From assembly GCF_004010195.1 (NCBI RefSeq), contig NC_057718.1:18375689-18439688 (forward strand): a stretch of DNA of 64,000 bases. The letters are read 5' to 3'. Source of the DNA: Chiloscyllium plagiosum (taxonomy: Eukaryota). The notes beneath the pieces are model-generated. The model was not told where the DNA came from. It did no database searches and worked only from the letters and a program-made list of their open reading frames with translations. The translations under genes were made by a program, and so were the position numbers. Of the stretch, positions 13,545-26,394 are shown piece by piece. How positions within the stretch are numbered: the first letter of the stretch is position 1; the number at the start of each line of letters is the position of its first letter.

Positions 13545-13908
13545 CTAGGGACTGGACATAGATATGGATCTGTCTCAGTGGAGAAGATGCTTCCACTAGT
13601 AGGAGAGACTAGGACCCAAGGATATAGCCTTAGAGTGAAGAGACATCCCTTTCGAACTGAGGTAAGGAGGGATTTCTTCAGCCAGAGGGTGGTGAATCTG
13701 TGGAACTCATTGCTGCAGAAGGCTGAAGAGACCAAGTTATTGAGTGTCTCTAAAATAGAGATAGATAGGTTCTTGATGAGTAAGGTGATTGCGGGGGGAA
13801 GGCAGACGAATGGGGTTGAGAAACATATGAGTCATGATTAAATGGTGGAGCAGACTTGATGGGTTGAATGACCTAATTTGGCTCATATACTTTCTGGTCA
13901 TATGGTCT
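13545..13908 (+). mobile_element. CR1 LINE 3' fragment
   Basis: EKMLPLVGETRTQGYSLRVK...FFSQRVVNLWNSL. Confidence 0.9.
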
Positions 13909-14051
13909 AATTTCCATGAATAATTAAAACAACATCACTGATGTACTATTTCTTTCTAATTTCTCAGATGAACTTGTCCTTGACGTTTTCATGAGTAACA
14001 TTCCCAATGTGCTGGGAGTCGATGCAAAATCGTTGACAATTTGACACTGTG

Positions 14052-14120
14052 GACTAAAGCTGAAATCGACTGAAGCTAATATGGATTGAAGCTGATATGG
14101 ACTGAAGCTGATATAGACTG
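14052..14120. repeat. 16-bp minisatellite, ~4.3 copies (GACTGAAGCTGATATG)
   Basis: Units start at 14052, 14068, 14084, 14100 and 14116. Confidence 0.85.
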
Positions 14121-14959
14121 CTTTAATCCAGGACAAGTTCATCACATAGAAGCCAGCCAGCCAGTAGAGGACATAGGGACACGATGGGGTTGGTGGTGGT
14201 GGAGAGTTGAACGGGAGTTGGTTGGGGTGTGTCAGGAGGATAAAGTTGGTGAATAGTGAGAATACAGGTGACACTGTCTATTTGGGGACCAGCTTGCTAT
14301 AGTGGAACAGCATGGAGGAGATGGGATGGAATGAGTTACAACTGAGAATACCATATTGCAATTATAAATCTGCTATCATACCTTGCACAATTACAAACAG
14401 CCCTTTACAAAGCTGAGATAATCAGATTAAGAGACAGAATTCTGAATGGGAAGAGCAGCAAGGGGGAAATGGTTGGGCAAACTGGCAGTGGGTCTTATGA
14501 CAAGCCTGGTTCTAATATTCAATGTAAATTATTTGGTGTTTTGAAACAAATGGGGAAGAGGAGCTTGCACATTATAACCTTCCTTAAAAATAAAATTTCA
14601 ATAATAAGCCAGTCTTAACTGTCAATGAAAATAAAAAGGTACATCCTCACATAGCTCCACATACAAAAACATGCCAGCGGTCCAAACAAAATACTCCATG
14701 AAATTCCCTCACCAGAGCTGCAAAATGATGACTAACGTAAAGGCTAATGGACCCTAAATGTACTAAAGGGTCAACCAACAAAAATAGGATCAAATTACCA
14801 TTATTTCAGTTCAAGTGATCACCTGCTTTAGCACTTGGATTCAAGGCTGTGTAGGTCAGAAACTACAACACGTAATTGGGTGCTGTGTTCTGGCCTGGCA
14901 ACTTGGGAATCTCCTATTCCCCCATTTTCATTGCTCTACCCTCAGTAGAACCAAAAGTG

Positions 14960-15170
14960 CTTTCAGCTGTTAGGACATAAGCTCCTGATCAAACCCCTCC
15001 GACTGTCCATCTCTCTCTCTCTTCTCCCTTAAGACACACTGTCTTTGATCAATAGTTTGGTTGCTGGTCCTACAATCTCCTTGTGAGCCTTGGTATCAAA
15101 TTCTGTTTGCAGAATTGAAAACGTCTTGAGAGGTTTCACTGTGGAAAAGATGCTACATAAATACAGTTAC
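14960..15170 (+). mobile_element. L2 LINE 3' end remnant
   Basis: aaacccctccgact...cttaagacac...tctttgatc...atgctacataaatacagtt; similar tails at ~25590-25850, ~41390-41610 and ~54420-54600. Confidence 0.55.
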
Positions 15171-16949
15171 TTAAGTTGTAGTATAAGGGTCAGGTCTCTT
15201 GGTGATGGTAGATTTCTTTAGTTAGATTTCTGGTTGTTGGTAACATTCAGTCTCCCCACCGCACCCCAATTCTCCTGTGCTGTAACAGAGTTAGTTCTCT
15301 GAGGAAACCTCTGCTCCACATTTCTGGAGAAGAAGCCTCAGAAGACCAGACAGGAAATGTGCAGAAGAGTCAAGGAAAAGGACAGATCAAGTAGGGAGGC
15401 AATTCAATACTAATCCCCACCCCTCGGATGATCCAACCCATATTTCTACCTGTGGAATTACAGCTGGAAGCATCTGGAAATTCTGCAGGGATTTTTACTT
15501 TGTTTTTCACATGAAATTGGAAATTACATCTGTGTTGTAACTGTTTAAAAATCATGAGGGTGCTTGGAAATAAATTTAAAAATGAGTTTTAATTTGTCCA
15601 ACATTAATCGATCCATTACAATTAAACACAATGAAACAGAAGTCTACCTACTCACATGCCAGTATTAACACACATAATTGAGCAGAGCGTGCTACCAGAA
15701 CAGAATTACCAATCAAAACAAACAGTTCAGTTTGTGAAAACTAGAGCCATGTATCTCTTAAAGGGACACTGTACTGAAGACTTTCAAACATCACATACAG
15801 GATCTCGAACATAGAACATTACAGCACAGTGCAGGCCCTTCGGTCCTCGATGTCCATATGCTTATCCAATGACCATTTAAATGCCCTTAAAGTTGGCAAG
15901 TCTACTACTGTTGCAGGCAGGGCATTCCACACCCCTACTAGTCTCTGAGTAAAGAAACTACCTCCGACATCTGACCTAAATCTATCACCCCCCCCCCCCC
16001 CAATTTAAAACTATGCCCCCTCATGCTAGCCATTGCTCTTCTGTTCCCTAGATGCTGCCTGACCTGCTGTGCTGTTCCAGCAATAAAGTCTCACTGTCTA
16101 CCCTATCTAACCCTCTGGTTATCTTATATGTCTCAATTAAGTCACCTCCCAACCTTCTTCCCTCTAACAAAAACAGCCTCAAGTCCCTCAGCCTTTCCTC
16201 GTAAGATCTTCCCTCCATACCAGGCAACATCCTAGTAAATCTCCTCTGAACCCTTTCCAAAGCTTCCACGTCCTTCCTATAATACGGTGACCAGAACTGT
16301 ACACAATACTCCAAATGTGGCTGCACCTGAGTTTTATACAGCTGCAGCATGACCTCATAGTTCTGAACTCAATCCCTCTACCAATGAAAGCTAACACACC
16401 GTATGCCTTCTTAATAACCCTATCAACTTGGGTGGTAACTTTCAAGAATCTATGTACCTGGACACCGAAATCTCTCTGTTCATCTACACTACTAAGAATC
16501 TTAACCATTAGCCCAATACTCTACATTCCTGTTACTCCTTCCAAAGTGAATCACCTCACACTTTTCCGCATTAAAATCCATTTGCCACCTCTCAGCCCAG
16601 CTCTACAGCTTATCTATATCTCTCTGTAACCTACAACATCCTTAGTCACTATCTGCAACTCTACCAACCTTAGTGTCATCCACAAATTTACTAACTCATC
16701 CTTCTATGCCCTCATCCAGGTCATTTGTAAAAATGATAAACAGCAGTGGACCCAAAACAGATTCTTGCGATACACCACTTGTAAATGAACTCCAGGATGA
16801 ATATTTCCCATCAACCACCACCCTCTGTCATCTTTCAGCTAGCCAATTTCTGATCCAAACTGCTAAATCATCCTCAATCCCATGCCTCCGGATTTTGTGC
16901 AATAGCCTACCATGGCAACCTTATCAAACGCCTAACTGAAATTCATATA

Positions 16950-17485
16950 CATACGAACCTTGATTATCCAAATATCAGTTTTCCGAATATTGGATTATCC
17001 GAAGGAGATCTCGATGTCCTGATAGTAACATTACATCAAAGCATGTTTCTATCAGTGATTGCGTCGTTTGTTTACAGTGATTAAACAGGCACTGTCTCCA
17101 AATGACTGACCTCCTGCCCTCTCTCTCTCTCTCTCTCCACCTGCCCCCCATACTTTTCCTGGAGTTCTACACAGCGGTGAACCCTAAACCGCCTTCCCCA
17201 GATAATCTCTCCAACATTGTCCAGTACAGAGCAAAGATGGAATCTGTCAAAAGGTTGCAGCAAATAAAGTGTGTGTGTGTACACACACGTGCTATTTGGA
17301 GACTCACCCCCCTCAAAGGCAGCAGCAGCAGCAGTCCGCAGTGTGATGCTGCCAAGTCTGAACAGGGAGCAGACTTAAAAAACTCTGAGCCCCAGAGGAA
17401 AGGCATTTTATTGATTGACCGAACAATCAATTATCCGAACGAAATAGTGCCCGTCCATCTCATTTGGATAGTTACGGTTCCTCTG
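16950..17485. mobile_element. Tigger/pogo-like MITE (536 bp) inserted at TA within the CR1
   Basis: Imperfect 24-bp TIRs CATACGAACCTTGATTATCCAAAT / CAGAGGAACCGTAACTATCCAAAT; TA at 16948-49 and 17486-87; removing it restores the CR1 sequence catatacaccac. Confidence 0.85.
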
Positions 17486-18113
17486 TACACCACACCAACT
17501 GTTATACTCTCATCCGCCTGTTTGGCCACCTTCTCAAAGAACTCAATAAGGTTTGGGAGGCATGACCTACCCTTCACAAAATTGTGTTGACTATCCCTAA
17601 TCAACTTATTCCTCTCTAGATGATTATAAATGCTATCTCTTATAACCTTTTTCCAACACTTTTACCTACAACCAAAGTAAGGCACACTGGTCTGTAATTT
17701 TTAGGGTTGTCTCTACTCTCCTTATTGAACATGGGAACAACATTTGCTATCCTCCAGTCTTCTTGCACTATTCCTGTCGACAATGACAACATAAAGATCA
17801 AAGCCAAAGACTCAGCAATCTTCTCCCTGGCTTCCCAGAGAATCCTAGGATAAATCCCCTCTGGCCCAGTGGACCTGTCTATTTTTAATCTTTCCAGAAT
17901 TGCTAACACCTCCACCTTATGGACCTCAATCCCATCTGGTCGAGTAGTCTGTATCTCAATATTCTCCTCGATCACATTGTCTTTTTCTAGTGTGAATACT
18001 GACAAAAAGTATTCATTTAGCGCTTCCCCTATCTCCTCTGACTCCACACACAACTTCCCACTACCATGTTAGATTGGCCCTAATCTTACTCTAGTCATTC
18101 TTTTATTCCTGAT

Positions 18114-18986
18114 TTACCTATAGAAAACCTTAGGGTTTTCCTTGATCCTATCTGCCAATGACTTCTCATGTCCCCTCCTAACTCTTCTAAGCTCTCTCTT
18201 TAGGTCTTTCCTGGTCAACCTGTAACTCTCCAGCACTCTAACTGAGCCATTACATCTCATCTTAACATAAACTTTCTCCTTCCTCTTGAAGAGAGATTCA
18301 ACTTGCTTAGTAAACCACGGCCCCCACGCTGAACAGCTTCTTCCCTGCCTGACAGGTACATACTTATCAAGGACCTGCAATAGCTGTTCCTTGAATAAGC
18401 TCCACATTTCAATTGTGCCCATCCCTTGTAGTTTCCTGCCCCATCCTATGCATCCTAAATCTTGCCTAATCACATCATAATTGCCTTTCCCCCAGCTGAT
18501 ACTCTTGCCCTGTTGTATACACCTATCCCTTTCCATCACTAAAGTAAATATAGCTGAATTGTGGTCACTATCACCAAAGTGTTCATCTACCTCCAAATCT
18601 AACATCGGGCAGGGTTCATTGCCCAGTACCAAATCTAATGTGACCTCGCCCCTTGTTGGCCTGTCTACATACTGTGTCAAGAAACTCTCCTGCACACATT
18701 GGACAAAAACTGACCCATCTAAAGTACTTGAACTATAGTATTCCCAGTCAATATTTGGAAAGTTAAAGTTCCCCATAACAACTACCCTGTCACTCTCGCT
18801 CCTATCGAGGATCATCTTTGCTATCCTTTCCTCTATATTTCTGGAACTATTTGAAGGCTTATAGAAAACTCCCAACAGAGTAATCTCTCCTTTCCTGTTT
18901 CTAATCTCAGCCCATACTACCTCAGTAGACGAGCCCTCAGATGTCCTTTCTGCAACCGTAATATTGTCCTTGACTAACAGTGCCAC
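18114..18986 (-). pseudogene. CR1 ORF2 APE-type endonuclease fragment (longest ORF in the window, 290 aa)
   Basis: GVFYKP, VMGNFNFPNIDW, TLDLVLGN, GDSDHN motifs; catalytic GDFN appears as GNFN. Confidence 0.9.
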
Positions 18987-19274
18987 ACCACCCCCTCTTT
19001 TACCATTTTCTCTGTTCTTACTGGGTCACTTTAAGGTAAGTTAAAATTTACTTCCCGTTGGAATTATATATTTCTGTACTTGCTAAAGGATGTCTGCTGT
19101 GTCCTGATGCCTTCCTCTGTGAGCGCTTCCTTAACCGAAGACCAGTGTTGTGAAATGGCACAGGCACAGTCAATATTGATAGCTCTTTCTGTGAATCTTA
19201 GTGTCTAAGGGAATTGAAATGGTTCTGTCGAGCACTGAGACACTAATCAGTCAAAATCATCTCTGTAAAATAGG

Positions 19275-20180
19275 CAATGATGTATATGTGCCTGACACCA
19301 GACTCCCATACCAACCGCTGTACATAGAACATAGTAAGTACAGCAATACAGCAAGTACATAGAACTTAATCTCAGCAGGAGATTCCCAGGAGCAAATTGG
19401 AAACACTCTAAAGATCTCCTCAAAGCATCCCTGAAGTGATCAAACATCTCCACTGAATCATAGGAGACCCTAGCTTATGATTGATCATTAGATCCAGCTG
19501 ATCCTTTCCTCACATCTATTATAATCGCTCTATTCTGTCAAATCTCAATTGTACGTCTGTCAGAATTACTAACAATGTTCTCTCAAATCTACTTTCAGAT
19601 CTGGCAATCCTTTGACCTTCAGGAACAAACTAGACACCCCTCCCTGATTGGATCTGGTCCGACAGAGACCGGGCTACATGAATACTGCCTCTCATCCTCT
19701 TCCATTGGGCAGAAGATACAGAAGCTTGAAAACAGCTACCAAAGGGATTTAAGAACAATTTCTTCCCTGCTGTTATTGGACTTATGAACGGATCTCTCAT
19801 CTATTAGAGTTCATCTTTCTCTGCATCTTCTCTGTAGCTGTAACACTGTATTCTGTTCCATAACCCTGATGCGCTTACATAATGTATGATTTGCCCCGTT
19901 AGCAGGCAAGATAATACTTTTCCCTATGTTTCGGTATATGTGACAATATTAAATTAAATTAAATAAATAAATCAGGAAGGCATTGCGCTCATTGAGAGAG
20001 ATCATTGAGAGAAGAAGATGAGGTGTTGGAGAGCATGTGCTACAAATGATCTACCCGACCTTCAGGCACTGTGCATGGGGGATTCTGCAGGTCCTGCCTT
20101 GAATTTATCAGTCACAACAAAATCAATTGAAGTGGAGTGGAAACAAGCCAGCCTCAATCCATATGGACTATCGAAGAAGT
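19275..20180 (+). mobile_element. RTE-clade LINE 3' end, split by a Rex1-like insertion
   Basis: Translation VYVPDTRLPYQPLY...RRFPGANWKHSKDLLKASLK*SNISTES*ETLAYD resembles the RTE C-terminus; resumes ~19975 to a gtggaaacaagccagcctc...gaagaag end. Confidence 0.7.
19660..19972 (+). mobile_element. Rex1/Babar LINE 3' end
   Basis: PLPLGRRYRSLKTATK/FKNNFFPAVIGLMN (Rex1 LPSGRRYRS...FKNSFFP motif); tgtgacaata-(ttaaa)n tail. Confidence 0.7.
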
Positions 20181-22614
20181 GAGGCCAACAGCCTGTTTCC
20201 CCTACCATCTCATCTGCTGCATATATTGTCAGGGTGGAAGTCTCTTTGGACAAAAGTCTAAGCCTCAGTGTTAATTAGCACCAGGCAGGAAGTCACAGTC
20301 GGGGAGGGGCTTGATGCCAGCTTGGGCCTTTGTAACTCCTAGACCTCTTCACAATGCCATGGATATGCAGTTTTCCTCATTGCCTGCTGCCCGCAATTGA
20401 GCTGCCGGCCTTTAGCTCCCACGAGCAATTTACCCCACGGTCCCTGAATGGACTTAAAGCAGGTGGGTGTTCTTAAAGAAAAGATGACATCCTGGTTCGT
20501 TCACAGGCACTGTTTGAAAACCCTTCCAGGCAGCATTGAGAAGCAGTGAGGCAGTACGTTCATCCTTTCCTGCTGCCTCTGTGGAGGGGGATATGTTGAG
20601 TGTGAGGGAGTATGAGCCCTCCCACTGAAGCAAGGGAGCAGACAGGTATGGCTGAAAGGGTCAAGGGCAACAGCATTCCCTCTTTGAACTGGCTTCAGTG
20701 TATGTTCAAAGATCTCACCAGGCCACAGCAAAGAGTACCCCTCTTAATTCCTCCACCTCTCTGAACATCTTTCAGTACTCTTTCAAGAGACCTAAAGGTA
20801 AGCTAAAAAAGAATGCAATGTTTATATTTAATATTAATTGTTTATGGATACTTTTATAAATGTGTGCTCCTGTTGTGATCATTTTTGTCCAATTACAGTG
20901 CTGGCTTTTATCTTATAATCTATTAACTGACACCTCTTTTGAGAAATTAACAATTTTCACACCTTAAATGGCACTGATTTAAATTGCACATTTTTAGCAT
21001 GCGAGAAAAGTCAGAGAATTTGATTAACACTGCTCAAAAAAACATCTTTGCTGTTTAAACCTGATCAAGTTCAGTAATGGTAAAGAGGTGACAGAAACTC
21101 CATAACAAATGTGATTTTCAGTGGAATTTGATAGAGACACTCATTCAAAGACATTTTAATGGCATATTGCTCCTTAAATCATCCAAATTCATTGCGATGT
21201 AATGGTGTTGGGAATTGTGTTCTTAAGATATTCAATGGAGTTAGAGATTAAATTTTGAAAGAAATGACAAAAGTTAAACTGTTTAATCATGTTGAAAAAC
21301 TACAGGTGAAACTGGAGGAAATCTAAAGTCTAGGGTCTCATGGATTGAGATGGGCAGAGATGAAGTCATGGAACCCAACTTTATACCATTGATTTACAAG
21401 CTACCCAGTTCTCTGATAACTTGTGTCATTTAAGAACAGTTCCTCTTCTGTACATAAGCTATGGTGTGCATTCTTTGCCACTGGTTATTAGATAGAACCA
21501 AGATAAAGTAAAGACATTTGAAAATTGTTGGCAATGAACTACCTGAAACAATCCTTCCTCAAGAACAAATGGTGATAGAGCTGGCAAAAACCACAAGGTA
21601 TCAAGAGTGGTCACCTGGCTGAATACCACATAAACTTTTCTAGTGCCAGCATTGGCAGGCACTTGCAGGCACGGCCCTGGAGGGACCAAGGGAAGGGTGG
21701 GAGGCAAGGCAGGGTTCTTGACATCCTTGGAATTTCAATTATAGCATCATATAGGTTCGGAATAGGTGGAGAATAATCCCAAACATGGAATTCTATAATG
21801 AAGGAGGCTGAGAACCAGGACATTGGAAGTCAGCAGCTGAGGATAAAGAGAAAGATTATGTGAATGAGGGGGTCATTGCATGGAGATGTTCTGGAACCCG
21901 AGTAAATCAATGCCATGGAGGTGAATGACAGACGGAAGACAAGTCAAACAATGCAGTGAGGTGAAGAGGAAAACTCAGCGGTCGAAATTCAATTTCTTTA
22001 TGATCAAGAGCAGTCTTAATGAGTGAGTTTTATATTGAAATCTGGGTACTAATCCAGCTTTGAAAGTCCAGGTACACTCACTGCCCCCATTTCACCACAG
22101 AATGTGCAAAAGGAGCATTGGTTTAGTCAAAAGGGGCAATGTCACCGTGATAGTCCTTACTTCCTTCAGCAATGAATACCAATGTAAGAGGCACAAAGGA
22201 ATACAGCTATTGAGTGTTTCTCAAGGTCCAACATCTCTTTCAAAATCTTCTGGATGGGAGTTCTTCCTTGCATCACATTTCTCCCAAAAGGCAAATTCAT
22301 TTACTCACTATAACTGCAACCATGGGATTAATGTTACATACTGGTGTTTAGTTTCCTCTTGTAGGGTACTCATTAACCCACTTACATACAGTTCCTTTGT
22401 ACAGTTTTTTAGTACAGTTTTTAAAGTGTTTATTCTAAAAGCAGCATAAAAATGAGGCACAAAGGAAGTCAGAACAAGCATATGTCAACTGAAGGAAACT
22501 GATCCCTGTTCAGGAATTTCAAACCATTATGTGTCACAATTCCTTTCTTCACTGTAAAACGTGTAGCCAAACAATTTCTTTCTTTGCATTGTGATGAACT
22601 GGTAGGAATGAAAC

Positions 22615-23250
22615 ATTTTGAACAACAGAAAGCTGTATTTACATTCTACCTTTAATGAGTAAAACATCCCAAGGTACTTCATAGGAGCATTACGAAGCAA
22701 AATTTGAGACATGTAAAGGGATGTCAGGCTGAATAACCAAAGCTCAGTCAAAGAAACAGGGTTTAAGGTGTAAAGAGGAAAGAGAGATAGAACAGCAACA
22801 GAGCCATTGAGAGATGCAATTCCAGCGTTTAAGGCTCAGGCAAATAAAGATGTGGCCAACAATTGTTGTATATTGGGGAAGCACAAAAGCTCACAATTAG
22901 GGGAGAGCAGATATCCCAAGGGTAGGATGGCTGGTGGAGATTTAAGTGATAGGGAGGGCATGGAAGAATCTGTAAACAAGGATGAGAATTGTAAAATTGA
23001 GTTGTGGTTCGAACAACAGTGTAGGCCAACAGGTACAGGAGTAATCAATGAGTAGGACTGGGTGTGGGTTAGGAAATGAGTAGGACAATTCAAGATGACT
23101 TCAAGTCTATATAGGGTAGAATAGGAGGTTGGTACGTTAGAATAGTTGAGGTATTAAAGGCATGAATGAAGGTCTTTGATGAGATGTGTTTGAACCAGAG
23201 TCAAGTGATAGTTATGAAAGTGAAACGAGGTGGCATTAGCGATGGTGGGA
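22615..23250 (-). mobile_element. L2 LINE 3' fragment
   Basis: aacaac...ctgtatttacat...aaacatcccaaggtacttcatagg...accaaagctcagtcaaaga; antisense L2 tail pattern. Confidence 0.6.
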
Positions 23251-26200
23251 AGACATGCTGAGAAGGTTAGTGCGCTCCGTTGTAAGGTCAGTGTTACTGT
23301 AAACAAGCACTTGGGTTCAAGCAGGGAAAATGCTGTGTGACATTAAAGAAAGGTCAACACTGAAATTAATGTAGGAGTATCGAATAGGCCCTATTTCATT
23401 TTCGGGAATGGTATGAGAAGTATTGAAACAGGCCATTTAAGGAAGATCCTGGCAACAAATTTGAGATTGATTAGTTGTGTAAGGATGATTAACAGAGTGG
23501 TGTCTGGGGATGTGAATGTATTGTTCCTTCATTATTGCTCTGTTAACATTCTGCAATTCTCTATCCAGCCATTATGAGACACCCAACATCAGAACCATCC
23601 AAGAAGCAGGGAAACCATCACCTTTTCAGAAAACCAAAGAGGGGCAATAAATGCCAATCTGCTTCAGGTTCTCAGGATAAATAAACAGAAAATATCGAAT
23701 GAACGTTAAAGTGACATTTCAGAATTACTATACGTAGCCATGAGAAGAAGTTAAAATATACAGTCAAGATGCCAACCAATGACAGTGGCATCTTTAGGTA
23801 TAAAAACCTCAGAAGGCTGTTTGAAGGTTACAAAAGCTATCTTGTATAACCACAGGAGCAGAGAGAAAATACTACAAGTTAATATGTCAGTGCACCATGT
23901 ATTATCACTCTTTACCTTACACGACAGGATGGCATTCAATAGCAGGTGCTGACTGATGATCATTTACCATGGAGCAGGGCCATTTTGAGGAGGTTGTAAT
24001 GATTACTACTGGCATGAAAAATGTACAGGATTGTACGATAGCAAAAGCAGAGGATAATTTGCACCATTAGGTACACACAGTGTAACGTTGCCAACTAATG
24101 TGATGCCCACTTGCCTCAGGTGTCTGAACATTGCTGTTAATCATAGCATCCACCGTAACCATGGGATGCAGAAAAGTTGTAGCCTATCCCTCCAGGGTAG
24201 ATGTCAGAGTACAAGTTCTTGACTTAGCACCATTGAAAGCAGCAAGGAGCAGTCCAGAAGCCAGGAACATAAAGATGTTATCAGTACAGTTCAGCAGTGG
24301 GGTGAGGAGAGCAACACAAAATGTATCTAAATGAGACATTTTGGCCCATCCTCAACAACTCCCTCCTTAATGCTGTCCAAGTGTCTCTACGCTTTTAAAA
24401 TGCTTCATAAAACCAAATACTTTGTGCTTTTAGTCATCTGTCTTAATATCTCCTCTTGTTTACTCAATGACAGATACTGCCTGAAAGTGGCACAGGACAT
24501 GTTAATTATTATATCAAAGGCTGCATATAAATCGCCATAGCACCAGAATGGCTGACTCTGTATGAGTCAATGTCAATGTCATGGAGATATGCCTGGACTG
24601 GTGGGTACTACAGTGTGTCATCTGAGACACAGCATGACTTACTCCACACTGTCACTCATACTGCAGTAATTTTAGTAGCATCTACAGACAGCACCAGTGC
24701 TGACCTGCCACTGTTGACAAGTGAGCCGTAATAACAACCTTGCAATGAGGGACAGCTTAGGTCAGGCATTGTACAAAGCTGAGCTGTTAAAGCCCGTGCT
24801 CCATTACATCGAACTTCAAAGCGTACAGATGTTGCTTTCCAGAATGGGATGAATCCATCCTGATCAATTATGTTGCCTCTTTGTCCCTTTGGTAATGATG
24901 ATTAATGTGAGCACTATCTTTAATGCATTTATAATCACCTAATAAACAAATTATGAATAGTGTCTATTCTCTATTGCAGCTGAGTTCCTCTTAGCAGTTT
25001 GATCAATGTTTAATCAATAGAATGGATGCAGTTACGCCTAAGTGAAAGGGAAACACGATGTGGCTATGTGTTTGAAGTTGTCTGTCTGAACAATAGAGAT
25101 TCAGTCTTACTGAGCTCCTGTCTTCAGCAGGCAGCAAGTGAAAGGTTTATAGTCACTTATGGCATTTGCCGAGACTGGGTCTGAGCGAAGGAGGTCAGAC
25201 CTATCTGAGCACTCGAGCAGACTGTCTGTGTGAAATAGAAAATCGTTAGCCATTTCTCCAGAGAATTGATTAAATTCTGTGTGGAAAGGCAGGCAGCCGT
25301 CACAGCCTCTGTCTCCATGTGCCAGCATGTGGCAATTAAAGTTTAAACACAGAAGACAATGCAGGCCACTGAGAGGGTGAGGCTGAATGGAGGATACCCT
25401 TATCCACTGGGCAGTTAGACAAAGCACCATCAGACTGTACTGCTTCCAGCGCTAACAGCTGGATTGGTCCTGCTGTCACTTGTCAAAGCTTGTTCCTCAG
25501 GCCCTGATAAAAGCCAGTTTCTGAACTTCAACTACCAGCCAAATATCAATGGACTTATTTAAAATTAATATTTTATCAGTCTTCTCCCCAGGTTTTCTCC
25601 TCCCCAGAGTTTCTGCCTCGGTGCGTTGGCCTTGAGCTGTCCATAGACCGTAAACTCTCAAATATTTCCTCCATATCCCTCTGCTTGCTTCTTTTTCTGC
25701 TCCTTTCAGACTGCACCTTAAAGACTACCTGTTTCACAAATCCCATGGCCACCCATCTCAATGCTTTTTAATGACTTGGTCATTTTCAAAAATAATTCCT
25801 CTTTGTTTTTATTGTGGTAAGGGTACCCTGTAAATGCAAGTTGTTAATGTGATTGTAAATCTGGCAGCCATCTTAATAAAATAGTCACTCCTTGTGTGAG
25901 ACTATTCAGTGAGCATTGGGCCATGATTCGACTGCCTGAGTTGATCACAATCTAATATGACATTAGTTTTCAATAACTTTGATCAACAGAATGAACCCTC
26001 ATGGATTTTTTGATCTCTGAGACAACAAGGCCATATCTTAATTTTCTCACAGGTAGCTTAATCAATGCCTCTGAACCCAGCAGACATTAGGAACAGAAGC
26101 TGAAAACCTCTAGTCACAGCACTCAGTAACTTCCTGGGATAGAATGCAGTATATCCCATAGACCCACCCAAGATTTAAGACCATGATTTAGGATTATGCT

Positions 26201-26394
26201 GAAGAAGTCCCATGTTTTCATACCGGGACACTGTATGAGGCTATTCTGGTGGATTAGGATGATCTTCCTCAAGGATCTTCAAGTACTACTTGAAGAAGTC
26301 AAGACGGGAAGGGATGAAAGGTTTGGTAGTCAGTGGGCCGCAGTCACCTCAGGTTAAAAGAACCAATGGCTGAGCATTTTTCACCTCCTTAAAA

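Larger units (their letters stand above)
15806..19023 (-). mobile_element. CR1 LINE (~3.2 kb with nested insertions): APE endonuclease + RT, frameshifted
   Basis: EN ORF 18114-18986; RT pieces DWRIANVVPMFNK..NYRPVCLT and LYKTQVQPHLEYCVQFWSPYYRKD; nested MITE 16950-17485 and PLE tail ~16035-16085. Confidence 0.95.

Noticed and set aside
13968..14045. Good acceptor tttctaatttctcag followed by DELVLDVFMSNIPNVLGVDAKSLTI*
   Set aside because: Peptide not recognised and no upstream exon to link; may be chance
14052..14120. Regularly spaced repeats as a CRISPR-like array
   Set aside because: Head-to-tail 16-bp units with no spacers, in eukaryotic DNA
17102..17590. 162-aa ORF
   Set aside because: Runs through a non-coding MITE and antisense CR1; no transposase motifs
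20250..20760. GC-richer block resembling old MITE-like repeats (also ~52330-52640 and ~59990-60150)
   Set aside because: Too degenerate to define terminal inverted repeats or a family
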